Shown here: positions 47,719 through 56,180 of the stretch, piece by piece
How positions within the stretch are numbered: the stretch's first letter is position 1
Layout of the letters: each line of letters starts with the position of its first letter
DNA from: a virus
Lineage: Duplodnaviria > Caudoviricetes
Direction: 5' to 3' (one strand)
IMG/VR virus record: IMGVR_UViG_3300049896_000002
Span: 1 to 63,447 of that record
DNA: 63,447 nucleotides
Made by a program: the position numbers and the translations under genes
Notes under the pieces: generated by a model
Databases searched by the model: none
The model's input: the letters and a program-made list of their open reading frames with translations, nothing else
Told to the model about the DNA's origin: nothing

Positions 47719-48033
47719 TTAACATTTTAGTTTCTCCATCCACGCACGAGCGCGTTGGCAGAACTCACCATGTGGCTCCTTGTCATCAGTCAAATCCTTA
47801 CGGCACCAACAGGGGCCGTGCGTCTCAGGGTAATGCCGATCTGCGGTCTGGCTGAGCACTGCCCGTACTTCCCTAAGCGACAGGTCCACACGATCTGCTA
47901 ACGCTTTCTCACCCCATCCTGCGCCGGGATACTTATCGCCCTCAGATTCCAACACAAGGCGTTTGGCCTTGCGATTGACCCCGGCATCCATAAACAAGTC
48001 GTGAGCGATTGATTGAGACAATTGACTAGCCAT
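47719..48033 (-). CDS. Hypothetical protein, paralogue of 11160-11405
   Basis: CWC..PH..CQRARA; start from TAATG overlap. Confidence 0.65.
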   Translation of the reverse strand: MASQLSQSIAHDLFMDAGVNRKAKRLVLESEGDKYPGAGWGEKALADRVDLSLREVRAVLSQTADRHYPETHGPCWCRKDLTDDKEPHGEFCQRARAWMEKLKC

Positions 48034-48827
48034 TATAGTTCTGCTTCTCTCTGACTTATTCCAGTAATAAGTCGTGCTGCTTGTTCTTTCTGCATCGGTG
48101 TTAGGCCAGCGGATTGAAACTTCCACCACATATCATCGAAGTTCGATACTGGTGTGAAGTAGCCAATGTCGCTCTTGATGTCGCCCAAGCACATTAGGAT
48201 TGCATCTTCAAGACGTATCCCGCGACTGCGAACGTAATGTACGCGATCGCCGAATTCCATTCGGCCAATACCCTGATTCGGTGTAAATCTTAACGTCTCA
48301 TCCTGCACTAAGTACCACAGATGATCGGGCGCGAGAACTACGTATTCATCAGGGAACAACCATGCCGGACCTCTTTCAGTTTGGATGGTTACTAGAAACT
48401 GTCCGTATCGCGTCCATCCCTCTTTCGTGTCAGGAGCCCAATTAGCAAAGTAAGTCTCACCAGGGCGAAGCGTACTATGGGCACCTTCGACGGCTTGTAC
48501 GCTACCGATGAAAGTCACATAAGCGCCATCTTCGCCAATCAATTGATTGTCTATTGGATCATATCGAAGTAACTCGCGCGAATTGTGGCTGTGAACCGTT
48601 AATGCGAAGGCAATTACCTCAGGTGTTAGACGGTTACTATCAGAAGATACGAATCGATTTACAACTCTGCGAAGGCGGCGACTCTCATGTGGCTTCGATA
48701 ACAGCCGGCCTGTTTTTCTCACCTTGCACGGCTCTCCCGATGATGCACCGCAGATATAGCAGTCAGAAGCGAGCGTGGTCTCATCAGATGAAGGAAGTAT
48801 CAGTGTATCGTTACGTTGGAATGTCAC
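48033..48827 (-). CDS. Zn-finger protein with SufB/SufD-like C-terminal motif
   Basis: CYICGASSGEPC..PHESR; HYVRSRGIRLEDAILM. Confidence 0.6.
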   Translation of the reverse strand: MTFQRNDTLILPSSDETTLASDCYICGASSGEPCKVRKTGRLLSKPHESRRLRRVVNRFVSSDSNRLTPEVIAFALTVHSHNSRELLRYDPIDNQLIGEDGAYVTFIGSVQAVEGAHSTLRPGETYFANWAPDTKEGWTRYGQFLVTIQTERGPAWLFPDEYVVLAPDHLWYLVQDETLRFTPNQGIGRMEFGDRVHYVRSRGIRLEDAILMCLGDIKSDIGYFTPVSNFDDMWWKFQSAGLTPMQKEQAARLITGISQREAEL

Positions 48828-48870
48828 CGCTAGACCGCCTCTCTCTGACTCTGTACTTCCCCGTCTGCCG

Positions 48871-49488
48871 TCATGCTAACGATCCCCACTGTTCCGCCAT
48901 TGCTTCAGCAATTCCTTGAAATGTGCGACTGCGTTCCTTCCATCTCTCAGGAGATGGCGGTAAGTGGTGGAGTCGTTGCGCCTCGGACTTCTTCTCGGGG
49001 AGCGCTACGATGTTCGTTGGTGTAAGTGGAGGCAGCCCTTTAAGCCACAGGCACGTTGCCTTAGATTCCGCGTGTCCGAAGTGAAAGGGCTGAAGCTTCT
49101 GAGCATAATCGCCCATGATTAGACGGGCGTCTCGGTAAGGGATCGGATTTTCTCCGCAGATCAGAGGGATCGGCGCATCCAAAAGCCGTCGGAAGTTATT
49201 TGCAGATTCGATCATGGCCTCACGCCGGGCCCGCCCGAACAATGTCCCAGCCTTTGGCCTCTTCGGAACATTAAAAAGCCATCTCGCTCCGGCTCGTGTT
49301 AGATAAGTGCAGGGCCAGTGAAACACCATTAAATCCCATCCTTGTTCCAGTATGCTGAATACATCACACTGAATATGCGGGCCTTGTCTTTCGGATGGCA
49401 GCAAATCGCAGGACACGGCATCGTGTCCACGGGCTATAAAGGAATCCCTCACGATACCGCTAAATTCACAGGCAACAAGGACTCTCAT
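48871..49488 (-). CDS. Short phage DNA (cytosine) methyltransferase
   Basis: MRVLVACEFSG, HWPCTYL, ENP, KATCLWL, RSRTFQGIA.AMA.QWG. Confidence 0.85.
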   Translation of the reverse strand: MRVLVACEFSGIVRDSFIARGHDAVSCDLLPSERQGPHIQCDVFSILEQGWDLMVFHWPCTYLTRAGARWLFNVPKRPKAGTLFGRARREAMIESANNFRRLLDAPIPLICGENPIPYRDARLIMGDYAQKLQPFHFGHAESKATCLWLKGLPPLTPTNIVALPEKKSEAQRLHHLPPSPERWKERSRTFQGIAEAMAEQWGSLA

Positions 49489-49685
49489 CTCTGACTCCGT
49501 AGCTCTGCCTCTCTTTGGCTCTGAATCTCTTGAAGTGAAAGCAGCAATTGATGACGTAGCGGAAGAGGCTCAGGCTCTAATCGAAGCCCACATTGCGTAC
49601 AAAAGCCCGCCTCAAGATCGGCAGAAGTGAGTTCATTCCCACAGCCTCGCTCTCTGTCTCCGCAAAAAATTCGCTGCTCACTCAT
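49485..49685 (-). CDS. Small Zn-ribbon protein
   Basis: MSEQRIFCG..GCG..FCTQCG. Confidence 0.55.
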   Translation of the reverse strand: MSEQRIFCGDRERGCGNELTSADLEAGFCTQCGLRLEPEPLPLRHQLLLSLQEIQSQREAELRSQR

Positions 49686-50122
49686 TTCTTTACCTCTCGC
49701 TTCGTAGTTGGCTTCGCCGCTCCTGCGGCCATCACGGTTTTGTATTCCGTGTTCCATCCGTACTTTGAAACATCGCCGTGCCATGCCTCCGCCACTTCTT
49801 GCAGTGCGGCAATAAACTCGGGGCCGTGGTTCTTGATTAACTTACATGCTCTTAGTGCCCGCTTGCCCGCTAAAAGATGCGCAAATTCATGTAAGAGACA
49901 ATTAGTTGTGCCGCGCCATACTAACGGCCCGGCAGATATCCACCATTGATTAAGACATGCCTGCCCGCGTAATGACCGCAGACTCCATCGCAGCGTTGGG
50001 GCGGTAACATTGAAATACGCCGCTAGGATTTCGATCATCTCTTCTGCCTCACCACGTAGCAACCGATCTGATGTGCGCTTTAGTTCACGCTCCCGCATCT
50101 GCCGTGTTTGCTTGATCATCAC
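49682..50122 (-). CDS. SprT-like zinc metalloprotease
   Basis: LLHEFAH..NHGPEF. Confidence 0.75.
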   Translation of the reverse strand: MMIKQTRQMRERELKRTSDRLLRGEAEEMIEILAAYFNVTAPTLRWSLRSLRGQACLNQWWISAGPLVWRGTTNCLLHEFAHLLAGKRALRACKLIKNHGPEFIAALQEVAEAWHGDVSKYGWNTEYKTVMAAGAAKPTTKREVKK

Positions 50123-50563
50123 TTATTTCTTTCCCTCTCGCCTTGTCTTCAATGCGCGTCTTGCTAACAGTTCCCGTGCGGTGTCGCAATGCTGAAACGC
50201 CTTAGCTTTATACTGCGGGTCACGATAATGATCGCCGACACCGAAGCGCTTTGCGGTAATGCCGCATTTTGTACAGACCGCTGTGTCATACATCCGCCCA
50301 CGTTCTAATACGGTAACGAGGTTTGTTTTGTCCCATTCGTGCGATTCGTGAGCACTGTTAAGGACGCCAGCATCGCCATTGGATGTAAGCTCGGCAAAAA
50401 GAAACGAGCGTGGAACTTCATAGGGACGTAGAGTATCATTGAAGTATTGAACCAATTCGCGGCCCTTACTTTCAGCACTCTGTAGATCGTGAACATCAGA
50501 CTTGTCGTAATCCTCCCACCATTCCTTACCGCGCTCGTCTCTAACTTTGATTCTAAATTTCAT
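50123..50563 (-). CDS. Hypothetical protein
   Basis: FNDTLRPYE, HEWDKTNLVT..CTKCG. Confidence 0.7.
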   Translation of the reverse strand: MKFRIKVRDERGKEWWEDYDKSDVHDLQSAESKGRELVQYFNDTLRPYEVPRSFLFAELTSNGDAGVLNSAHESHEWDKTNLVTVLERGRMYDTAVCTKCGITAKRFGVGDHYRDPQYKAKAFQHCDTARELLARRALKTRREGKK

Positions 50564-50624
50564 TTCTTCCCCTTCGGCTTACCTTAAAGCCTTTTCGTAG
50601 GCCGTGATTAGTTTGGTGCTCCAG

Positions 50625-50771
50625 TCACTTGGAGGCTTTCTTCTTAGGCCACCGTGCTGCTCGCGCTTTCTCAAGGCTCTTTTTCGTTGCCGCCCGCTTC
50701 TTTTTAGAAGTGGCTTTCCCGCCCCGGCGTCCTAACTCCTGCATTACCTTTTTGATTGTTTCGTCTTCCAT
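50625..50771 (-). CDS. Small basic GRRGG-type putative DNA-binding protein (48 aa, not in ORF track)
   Basis: MEDETIKKVMQELGRRGGKATSKKKRAATKKSLEKARAARWPKKKASK. Confidence 0.7.
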   Translation of the reverse strand: MEDETIKKVMQELGRRGGKATSKKKRAATKKSLEKARAARWPKKKASK

Positions 50772-50791
50772 TGTTGCGCTTAGCCACTTAT

Positions 50792-51097
50792 TTAATTTGC
50801 ACGTACGGCCTCTGCCCTGGCGCGTGCGGCAGTGTAGAGCGGGTGATTCTGAAAAAGCACTACGCGGCCCTTTTCGAAGTAGTCCTGCTGACTGTCAGTG
50901 CTGTTGACGTACGCCGTGGGAATGATTCGCGCTAGTGTGTCGCCCGCATCGTAGTCCTTAGCGTAAATCGTCACGCAAGGCTGACCGTCTATGCGGTTAT
51001 CAAGGGAGTAGTGAACGCGAGCCTTAGCGATTCCGTTGGTGACGTTGAATTTATTGAACTTGACGGTAGCGGTTGCTGGTGTGCTTGTGTTTTCCAT
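50792..51097 (-). CDS. Phage early hypothetical protein
   Basis: VTIYAKDY..NSTDSQQDYFEKGR..HPLY. Confidence 0.7.
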   Translation of the reverse strand: MENTSTPATATVKFNKFNVTNGIAKARVHYSLDNRIDGQPCVTIYAKDYDAGDTLARIIPTAYVNSTDSQQDYFEKGRVVLFQNHPLYTAARARAEAVRAN

Positions 51098-51104
51098 GCC
51101 CCTA

Positions 51105-51133
51105 AATATACACTAAGCCGCTTACTGAGTCAA
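51105..51133 (-). promoter_or_regulatory. sigma70-type promoter with palindromic operator in spacer
   Basis: TTGACT-17-TATATT; TAAGC-G-GCTTA inside spacer. Confidence 0.8.
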
Positions 51134-51216
51134 TAGCCTACGCGATTATTTCTCTATACTATTTCGTGCGCCCTCACGTGCCTCGTAACTTTTCCGCCAC
51201 AAATAAGGTCTGAAAG

Positions 51217-51225
51217 TGATACACT
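51217..51225 (+). promoter_or_regulatory. Extended -10 promoter of membrane-protein cassette
   Basis: TGaTACACT 7 nt before ATG 51233. Confidence 0.5.
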
Positions 51226-51232
51226 CCTAACC

Positions 51233-51499
51233 ATGAATGGAAATCTCACTTATGGCCCGCTTGGGCGACTAGTTTCAGCGCTGGCAATCGTTTCTGCGTT
51301 TATTGGTTCGTTACAAGCTTCGGGGTTTCTGGTGCTACTACCACCTAAGTATTCATGGGTTGGTCTGGTTGTCACGGCAGCGGGATTGTTGATTGCTGGC
51401 TTTTCTGAGCGTATCCAGGGCGGCGCCAGTAAGCCCGAGGTAAGAGACGCGGCAGGGGCTTCCGACGTTAAGAACGCGAGAGAGGAGTTGAATCAATGA
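51233..51499 (+). CDS. Putative holin (2 TM)
   Basis: Two hydrophobic helices, charged C-terminal tail. Confidence 0.55.
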   Translation: MNGNLTYGPLGRLVSALAIVSAFIGSLQASGFLVLLPPKYSWVGLVVTAAGLLIAGFSERIQGGASKPEVRDAAGASDVKNAREELNQ

Positions 51500-51948
51500 T
51501 CCGAAAACAACGGCGCTCACAACTGGCAATCCTATTACTTCTCGCAACTGTAGGATTCGGCTATGGCCCATGCAGCGGCAAGCAGCAGCCTAAAACCGTG
51601 GCTGACATGCTCACCACAATGGGCAACGTTAAACGCGATCTGCGCTCACGAAACGAAATTACCGCACAGCAGGATTACGACATCAGCGCGAAACTACTTG
51701 AGGCCAACCGTGCTTATCGTAGTTTTGTCAACGATGAACTGGCGCGACTTGCAAACAGCAATAGCACAACGCCCGATCCTTCCGCGCGACAAGCCGCAGT
51801 GCGAGCGTTGATTACGAGCCTGCGCGGGCTACAAGATCCGACACTGCTCGGTATCAAGAGCGCCAGCGCGCAAAAGATCTGGCGAGAGAGCATTGCAGGC
51901 ATGAACACAGTTATCGCCGGACTGGAAGCCTTGCAAGGAGGAAATTAA
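51496..51948 (+). CDS. Exported, possibly lipoprotein, helical protein
   Basis: Basic N-term, hydrophobic core, GYGPC (atypical lipobox). Confidence 0.6.
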   Translation: MIRKQRRSQLAILLLLATVGFGYGPCSGKQQPKTVADMLTTMGNVKRDLRSRNEITAQQDYDISAKLLEANRAYRSFVNDELARLANSNSTTPDPSARQAAVRALITSLRGLQDPTLLGIKSASAQKIWRESIAGMNTVIAGLEALQGGN

Positions 51949-52140
51949 ATGGAGTGGATTGCAATTTTCAACCTGATCGCCCCGCACGTGTTCAAGGCCA
52001 TTGGCGATGCTCGCAATCAGAATCCGCAAGCTACCTACAAAGAAGTCCTACAAGCGGCGGGAATTGAACTCGACGCGGAACAGGCGCGACTATTAGCCGA
52101 TATGGCTAAAGCGGTGAGTGAGGGCGCGGTGCCGAGATAG
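51949..52140 (+). CDS. Hypothetical protein
   Basis: SD AAGGAGG. Confidence 0.65.
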   Translation: MEWIAIFNLIAPHVFKAIGDARNQNPQATYKEVLQAAGIELDAEQARLLADMAKAVSEGAVPR

Positions 52141-52167
52141 AACTTTTGCGACCATACCCGCAAGGAG

Positions 52168-52413
52168 ATGTGCATGGCCCTGATTTTCAAGTTCGACACG
52201 GAGCAATTCCAGACGCTTGTCACCGCTATCAACAACCTCTCTGACAACCTTGCCAAGTGGCAGGGGAAGGAGACTGAGGCTATCGAGCAGGGATTCAGCA
52301 ACCTCGCTATCGCCCTCGGCGGTGAAGACGTACAGGCAAGAATTGATGCGCTAACCAGCGAAGTCAAAACCGAAGCAGACGCACTCGAAGGTTCTGCTCA
52401 ATCTGAAACTTAA
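52168..52413 (+). CDS. Coiled-coil hypothetical protein
   Basis: SD AAGGAG. Confidence 0.6.
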   Translation: MCMALIFKFDTEQFQTLVTAINNLSDNLAKWQGKETEAIEQGFSNLAIALGGEDVQARIDALTSEVKTEADALEGSAQSET

Positions 52414-52437
52414 TCATTCAACTCAGAAGGAGATATT

Positions 52438-52710
52438 ATGGCAGCAGACTTTTCTCAACTGACAACAGAAGTAGAGCGCATCAAACAAGTGCGCCCGTCA
52501 ATCGTGGCAATCATTGAAGGCATCGCAGACCGCGTACAGGCAGCGGTGGATGCGGATAACGCGGGCGATAACAGCCAACTGGCGACTTTGTCAGCGGATC
52601 TGCGCGCGGAAGCCGACGAGTTTGCTCGTGTGGCAGTTGCGGGCACTCCGACTGAGGGCGGCACCGGCGGAACAGGCGGTGGTACTACGGAGGGTGGTAC
52701 CCGAGCGTAG
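52438..52710 (+). CDS. Coiled-coil protein with Gly/Thr tail
   Basis: SD AAGGAG; helical heptads. Confidence 0.7.
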   Translation: MAADFSQLTTEVERIKQVRPSIVAIIEGIADRVQAAVDADNAGDNSQLATLSADLRAEADEFARVAVAGTPTEGGTGGTGGGTTEGGTRA

Positions 52711-53001
52711 CTGAAACAAATTCGCAGCGCTCGCCGGGAAGCTTGTTTACCCTTTCTTTGCAAATTGGGGCATTTTGCAAATTGGCACTGACGAGCGTTG
52801 CGATTGCTTACTCCATCCGTGGACGGGATTCGTGCTCGTGCTGAGTCTCTGTCGCGGAAGGACGAAGGTAAAATGAGCAATTGCCGAGGTGATATTGATC
52901 ATATCCGGCTTGGACCAACCGAAGATTATTATGTGAAGTTTGAGGAAGAGCGGGATCGGGCTGTAGATCGCTTCGTGGCGCGGATTCTAAAAGGAGTCGA
53001 A

Positions 53002-53265
53002 ATGCACTATAAAAACGGACGTGAAGCACACAACGGGGACAAGGTAATGCTAATACCAAGCCACGGCCCGCCAGTCATTGGCATCCTGTATGACGCCGTG
53101 GCAGGCAACGACTATTGCAACGGACGCATTGCGCCAATATCACCGAGTGACCCGTCGCCCAATCTTAAAGAAGTTCTGCACTTCGACGACGTGATGTATA
53201 CGCTCTCACTTCCAGAAGAGATTGCTGATACATCGAAGTTAGAAGTCCAAGATGTCAGCGAATGA
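53002..53265 (+). CDS. Phage hypothetical protein
   Basis: MHYKNGREAHNGDKV..NDYCNG; SD AAGGAG before ATG 53002. Confidence 0.7.
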   Translation: MHYKNGREAHNGDKVMLIPSHGPPVIGILYDAVAGNDYCNGRIAPISPSDPSPNLKEVLHFDDVMYTLSLPEEIADTSKLEVQDVSE

Positions 53266-53363
53266 AAATCACAATCATCGCAGTGCTTAGTTTCGCCGCT
53301 GGCTTCGTAGCTGGCGCATTCAGCCTTTGGTACTACTTCATGCGCAAGGGAGTGCTAGGATAA
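53262..53363 (+). CDS. 33-aa single-TM peptide (not in ORF track)
   Basis: MKITIIAVLSFAAGFVAGAFSLWYYFMRKGVLG. Confidence 0.55.
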   Translation: MKITIIAVLSFAAGFVAGAFSLWYYFMRKGVLG

Positions 53364-53390
53364 GTAACGGAGTTAATCAGCAACCACCCA

Positions 53391-53801
53391 ATGAGCGAAA
53401 CCCCGAGTGATGACCTGGTGCTTGAATCTGCGGCGCGACCGTTTCTTAGCTACGCATTCTTGTTCAAGTCGTGGATGCGAAGCAATGATGCCAAGCTGGT
53501 ATCAGACGGAGAAATTATGTTCGCAGTGAACGAGGAAATTGGGGCCATGTTCGGGTATCACCCGAGCGAGTTAATAGGAAAATGCGTGGACGTACTAGTG
53601 CCTGAGAGTGTGAGACCAAGACATATAGGACTGAGAGAGGGTTACAAGGCTCATCCTAAAAATCGCCCAATGGACGCTGGAAGAGTGCTCAAAGCACGAC
53701 ATAAGTCAGGTCGTGAGTTCTCAGTGGTCATTAATCTACTTTATAATACCGAGGCATCAGAGACACTAATTGAAGCCACGATTAGGCGGGTAGATGATTG
53801 A
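53391..53801 (+). CDS. Stand-alone PAS-domain protein (FixL-like)
   Basis: VNEEIGAMFGYHPSELIGKCVDVLVPESVRPRH..RPMDAGRVLKARHKSGREFSVVINL. Confidence 0.9.
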   Translation: MSETPSDDLVLESAARPFLSYAFLFKSWMRSNDAKLVSDGEIMFAVNEEIGAMFGYHPSELIGKCVDVLVPESVRPRHIGLREGYKAHPKNRPMDAGRVLKARHKSGREFSVVINLLYNTEASETLIEATIRRVDD

Positions 53802-54307
53802 AAGATTTGCTGCCTTATGTCGGTATTTTAGCTTTAGCGCTTTCAATTCTGAACACCGTTTATCAGCGGAAGAAGGATCAGCAAGGGGACTGGAGCAAGA
53901 AGATTGATGAGGCAGTAAAACCCTTTAACGGACTACCCGACACAGTATCCACGGTTGCGGCGGAATTAAAGGTCCTCCAAAAACAGATGGAGGTTTTTTG
54001 GAAAGGCGTGTCGTTTAGTTCAGCACAGGCGCTACACTCGCCACACACAAAAGAACTTGACGCGCTGTTGGAGAAATTTCAGCGTGATGAGATTGAGAGT
54101 GAACGAGACCTACAGAAACTCAAGTCAATGCTAACTGATGTATCCAAGACAGATGACAGTCCCTTGCGGCGTAAGTTAGCGCTCGACATCTTGACTTTGA
54201 TTCACGTGCGCTTTGAGATAGGCGGCGATTTAATCAACTCCCTACGGCAACAGGATCGCGGTTTACGCGATTCTATGGATCACTTTTCCCGACACTTAAA
54301 AGAGTGA
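53798..54307 (+). CDS. N-terminal TM plus coiled-coil protein
   Basis: LLPYVGILALALSILNTVY then helical domain. Confidence 0.75.
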   Translation: MKDLLPYVGILALALSILNTVYQRKKDQQGDWSKKIDEAVKPFNGLPDTVSTVAAELKVLQKQMEVFWKGVSFSSAQALHSPHTKELDALLEKFQRDEIESERDLQKLKSMLTDVSKTDDSPLRRKLALDILTLIHVRFEIGGDLINSLRQQDRGLRDSMDHFSRHLKE

Positions 54308-54630
54308 AACTAACCGCTGCCCTGATATTTGTCATCATCTGGTTTCTTTATCTCGCTATTGGAGCGGGAGCAGGGTTTGCGGCGTGGCGTATTTGGCCCG
54401 CACACAAGGATCGGTTTACGCAATGCTTGATCTTATTCCTGCATGGGCCAATAGCCGATGCATTGACAGCAATCGTACTGGTATTTCTAGCTAAGGGCGT
54501 AAAGTTCACATGGAAGTTTAGTATTGTTTTGTTTGCCGGGGCACTGATAAAGATCGCCGTCAGCTTGCCGCTTCTGTTAAAGTTGATGCGCGGGTTTACA
54601 GATGGGGAGAACAGTAGAGGGACAAACTAA
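54304..54630 (+). CDS. 3-TM membrane protein (holin-like)
   Basis: Three hydrophobic segments. Confidence 0.7.
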   Translation: MKLTAALIFVIIWFLYLAIGAGAGFAAWRIWPAHKDRFTQCLILFLHGPIADALTAIVLVFLAKGVKFTWKFSIVLFAGALIKIAVSLPLLLKLMRGFTDGENSRGTN

Positions 54631-54873
54631 ATGGCGACTGGGGACTACGCGCATCTATACGCCCATTGTAATGACAATCATCCGCTTGGTGCGTGTGTGA
54701 CTCAAGGGATGAATTGCCGCATCTCTACCGAAGTCAAGTTAACGTTTGGTGAGCGAGTAGCGGCTTTGACACGAATTGAAAACGCTGCTGAGCGCGGTGA
54801 GCAGTGGGCCATTGAGAGATTAAAGTTGCTGGATGAATACTTGCGGAAGTTCAATCAAACTGAAAGGAAGTGA
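54631..54873 (+). CDS. Hypothetical protein
   Basis: Cys/His-rich N-term. Confidence 0.55.
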   Translation: MATGDYAHLYAHCNDNHPLGACVTQGMNCRISTEVKLTFGERVAALTRIENAAERGEQWAIERLKLLDEYLRKFNQTERK

Positions 54874-54881
54874 CCTCCCAA

Positions 54882-55034
54882 ATGACAGCTAATGAAAACA
54901 AGCCGGATAGACCTGATTCGAAGCCGGATACACCAGAGCCAAAGCCAGCACCTAAGCCACAGCCACAGGATGAACCGACTCAACCACCATCAACTAATCC
55001 GGGTGGAGGAGATGTGCCTGGGCCTGGTCGTTGA
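54882..55034 (+). CDS. 50-aa Pro-rich peptide (not in ORF track)
   Basis: MTANENKPDRPDSKPDTPEPKPAPKPQPQDEPTQPPSTNPGGGDVPGPGR; SD AAGGA. Confidence 0.6.
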   Translation: MTANENKPDRPDSKPDTPEPKPAPKPQPQDEPTQPPSTNPGGGDVPGPGR

Positions 55035-55047
55035 CGGGGATGACCAG

Positions 55048-55482
55048 ATGTTTGATGAGGACCTGAAAACTGCTTACATAGCCCTTCAGACGAAGTCTCT
55101 GGATGACGATCCGCACGTACCGTGCCTGGTGAAGTGGTTGCTGCGTCGTATCTATCATCGCTACGGATGGACAGCGATGGGTCACGACGGAAAGAGTTAT
55201 TGCAAGTGGGAATTCTTAGGCATCTTCGATACTTCTACTCAGGCCCGATGGGCCGCAATGGTACCAGGTGGTTCATGGATGGAACTCCCACTAAATGAAT
55301 CGCTGCCAGAAGAAACCAGCCAGTTTCGCGCCCACGACTTTCCACGTTCATCTGTTTCTCATGAATACCGAAATCGTAAGTTGCCGTTTGTATCCCTTCC
55401 CCGTATGGATATTGAGCGATTGGAAGCCAAGGTTAAGGAGACGCTTGACTGCGCTGAAGGTAAATGTGCGAAGGCTGTATGA
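55048..55482 (+). CDS. Hypothetical protein
   Basis: Start reassigned to ATG 55048. Confidence 0.6.
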   Translation: MFDEDLKTAYIALQTKSLDDDPHVPCLVKWLLRRIYHRYGWTAMGHDGKSYCKWEFLGIFDTSTQARWAAMVPGGSWMELPLNESLPEETSQFRAHDFPRSSVSHEYRNRKLPFVSLPRMDIERLEAKVKETLDCAEGKCAKAV

Positions 55483-55485
55483 ACT

Positions 55486-55950
55486 ATGCAGGAGACCTAC
55501 GTGCCGCCTCACTGGATACAGACCGCCCTAGGGTGGCTTGCATCAGGCGTTGCAGGGGGTCTTATTGTTCGTCTTTGGACTACTTGGCTAAATCGCAAGA
55601 AACCCGCCGCTGAAATTCACGTTACTGAAGCTACCGCCGGAGAGATAAAAGTTCGCGCCAGTTCCAGCGCGTCCGATGCCGTCATGCGGATGATGGAACA
55701 TTTAGGCCGGGCGCAGGAGACAATTGATAGGCTGCGCGCTGAGCGGGATGCGTGGCAGGACGAGCATGACAAGATATTTGTGGAGCGGGATGAGATGCTC
55801 AGATGCAATGGGTTATTGAAAGAGGAAGTTAAGAATTACGAGAATCAGATCCGGACCATGAGCGCGACTCTCACGATTGAGCATAAGAACTACGACAATA
55901 CACAGGACGCTAAACCTGAAGACTACACGCTACCAACTAAGCCCAAATAG
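55486..55950 (+). CDS. N-terminal TM plus coiled-coil protein (lysis-cassette type)
   Basis: ALGWLASGVAGGLIV..WLNRKK then heptads. Confidence 0.7.
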   Translation: MQETYVPPHWIQTALGWLASGVAGGLIVRLWTTWLNRKKPAAEIHVTEATAGEIKVRASSSASDAVMRMMEHLGRAQETIDRLRAERDAWQDEHDKIFVERDEMLRCNGLLKEEVKNYENQIRTMSATLTIEHKNYDNTQDAKPEDYTLPTKPK

Positions 55951-55951
55951 G

Positions 55952-56179
55952 CTACCCAATCACCCACACTCGTCTCGCTACTTTCCTCTCCCCCACTACC
56001 ACGCGCATGCAGATTTGGTAAAACTCCCCCACTGGCTCAGGCTTGCAGCGGCGACATAGCCCATCGTCATTGAGTCGATCGAGATCACCACAAGACCAGC
56101 AGAGCCAGCGTGTGTCGGGGACGGGTTCAGTGTAGCTCATAAGTGACTTCGATAGTAGCAAGAGACACACCGCTGCCAT
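55952..56179 (-). CDS. Small Zn-finger protein
   Basis: CWSC..GLCRRC; start uncertain. Confidence 0.5.
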   Translation of the reverse strand: MAAVCLLLLSKSLMSYTEPVPDTRWLCWSCGDLDRLNDDGLCRRCKPEPVGEFYQICMRVVVGERKVARRVWVIG

Positions 56180-56180
56180 A

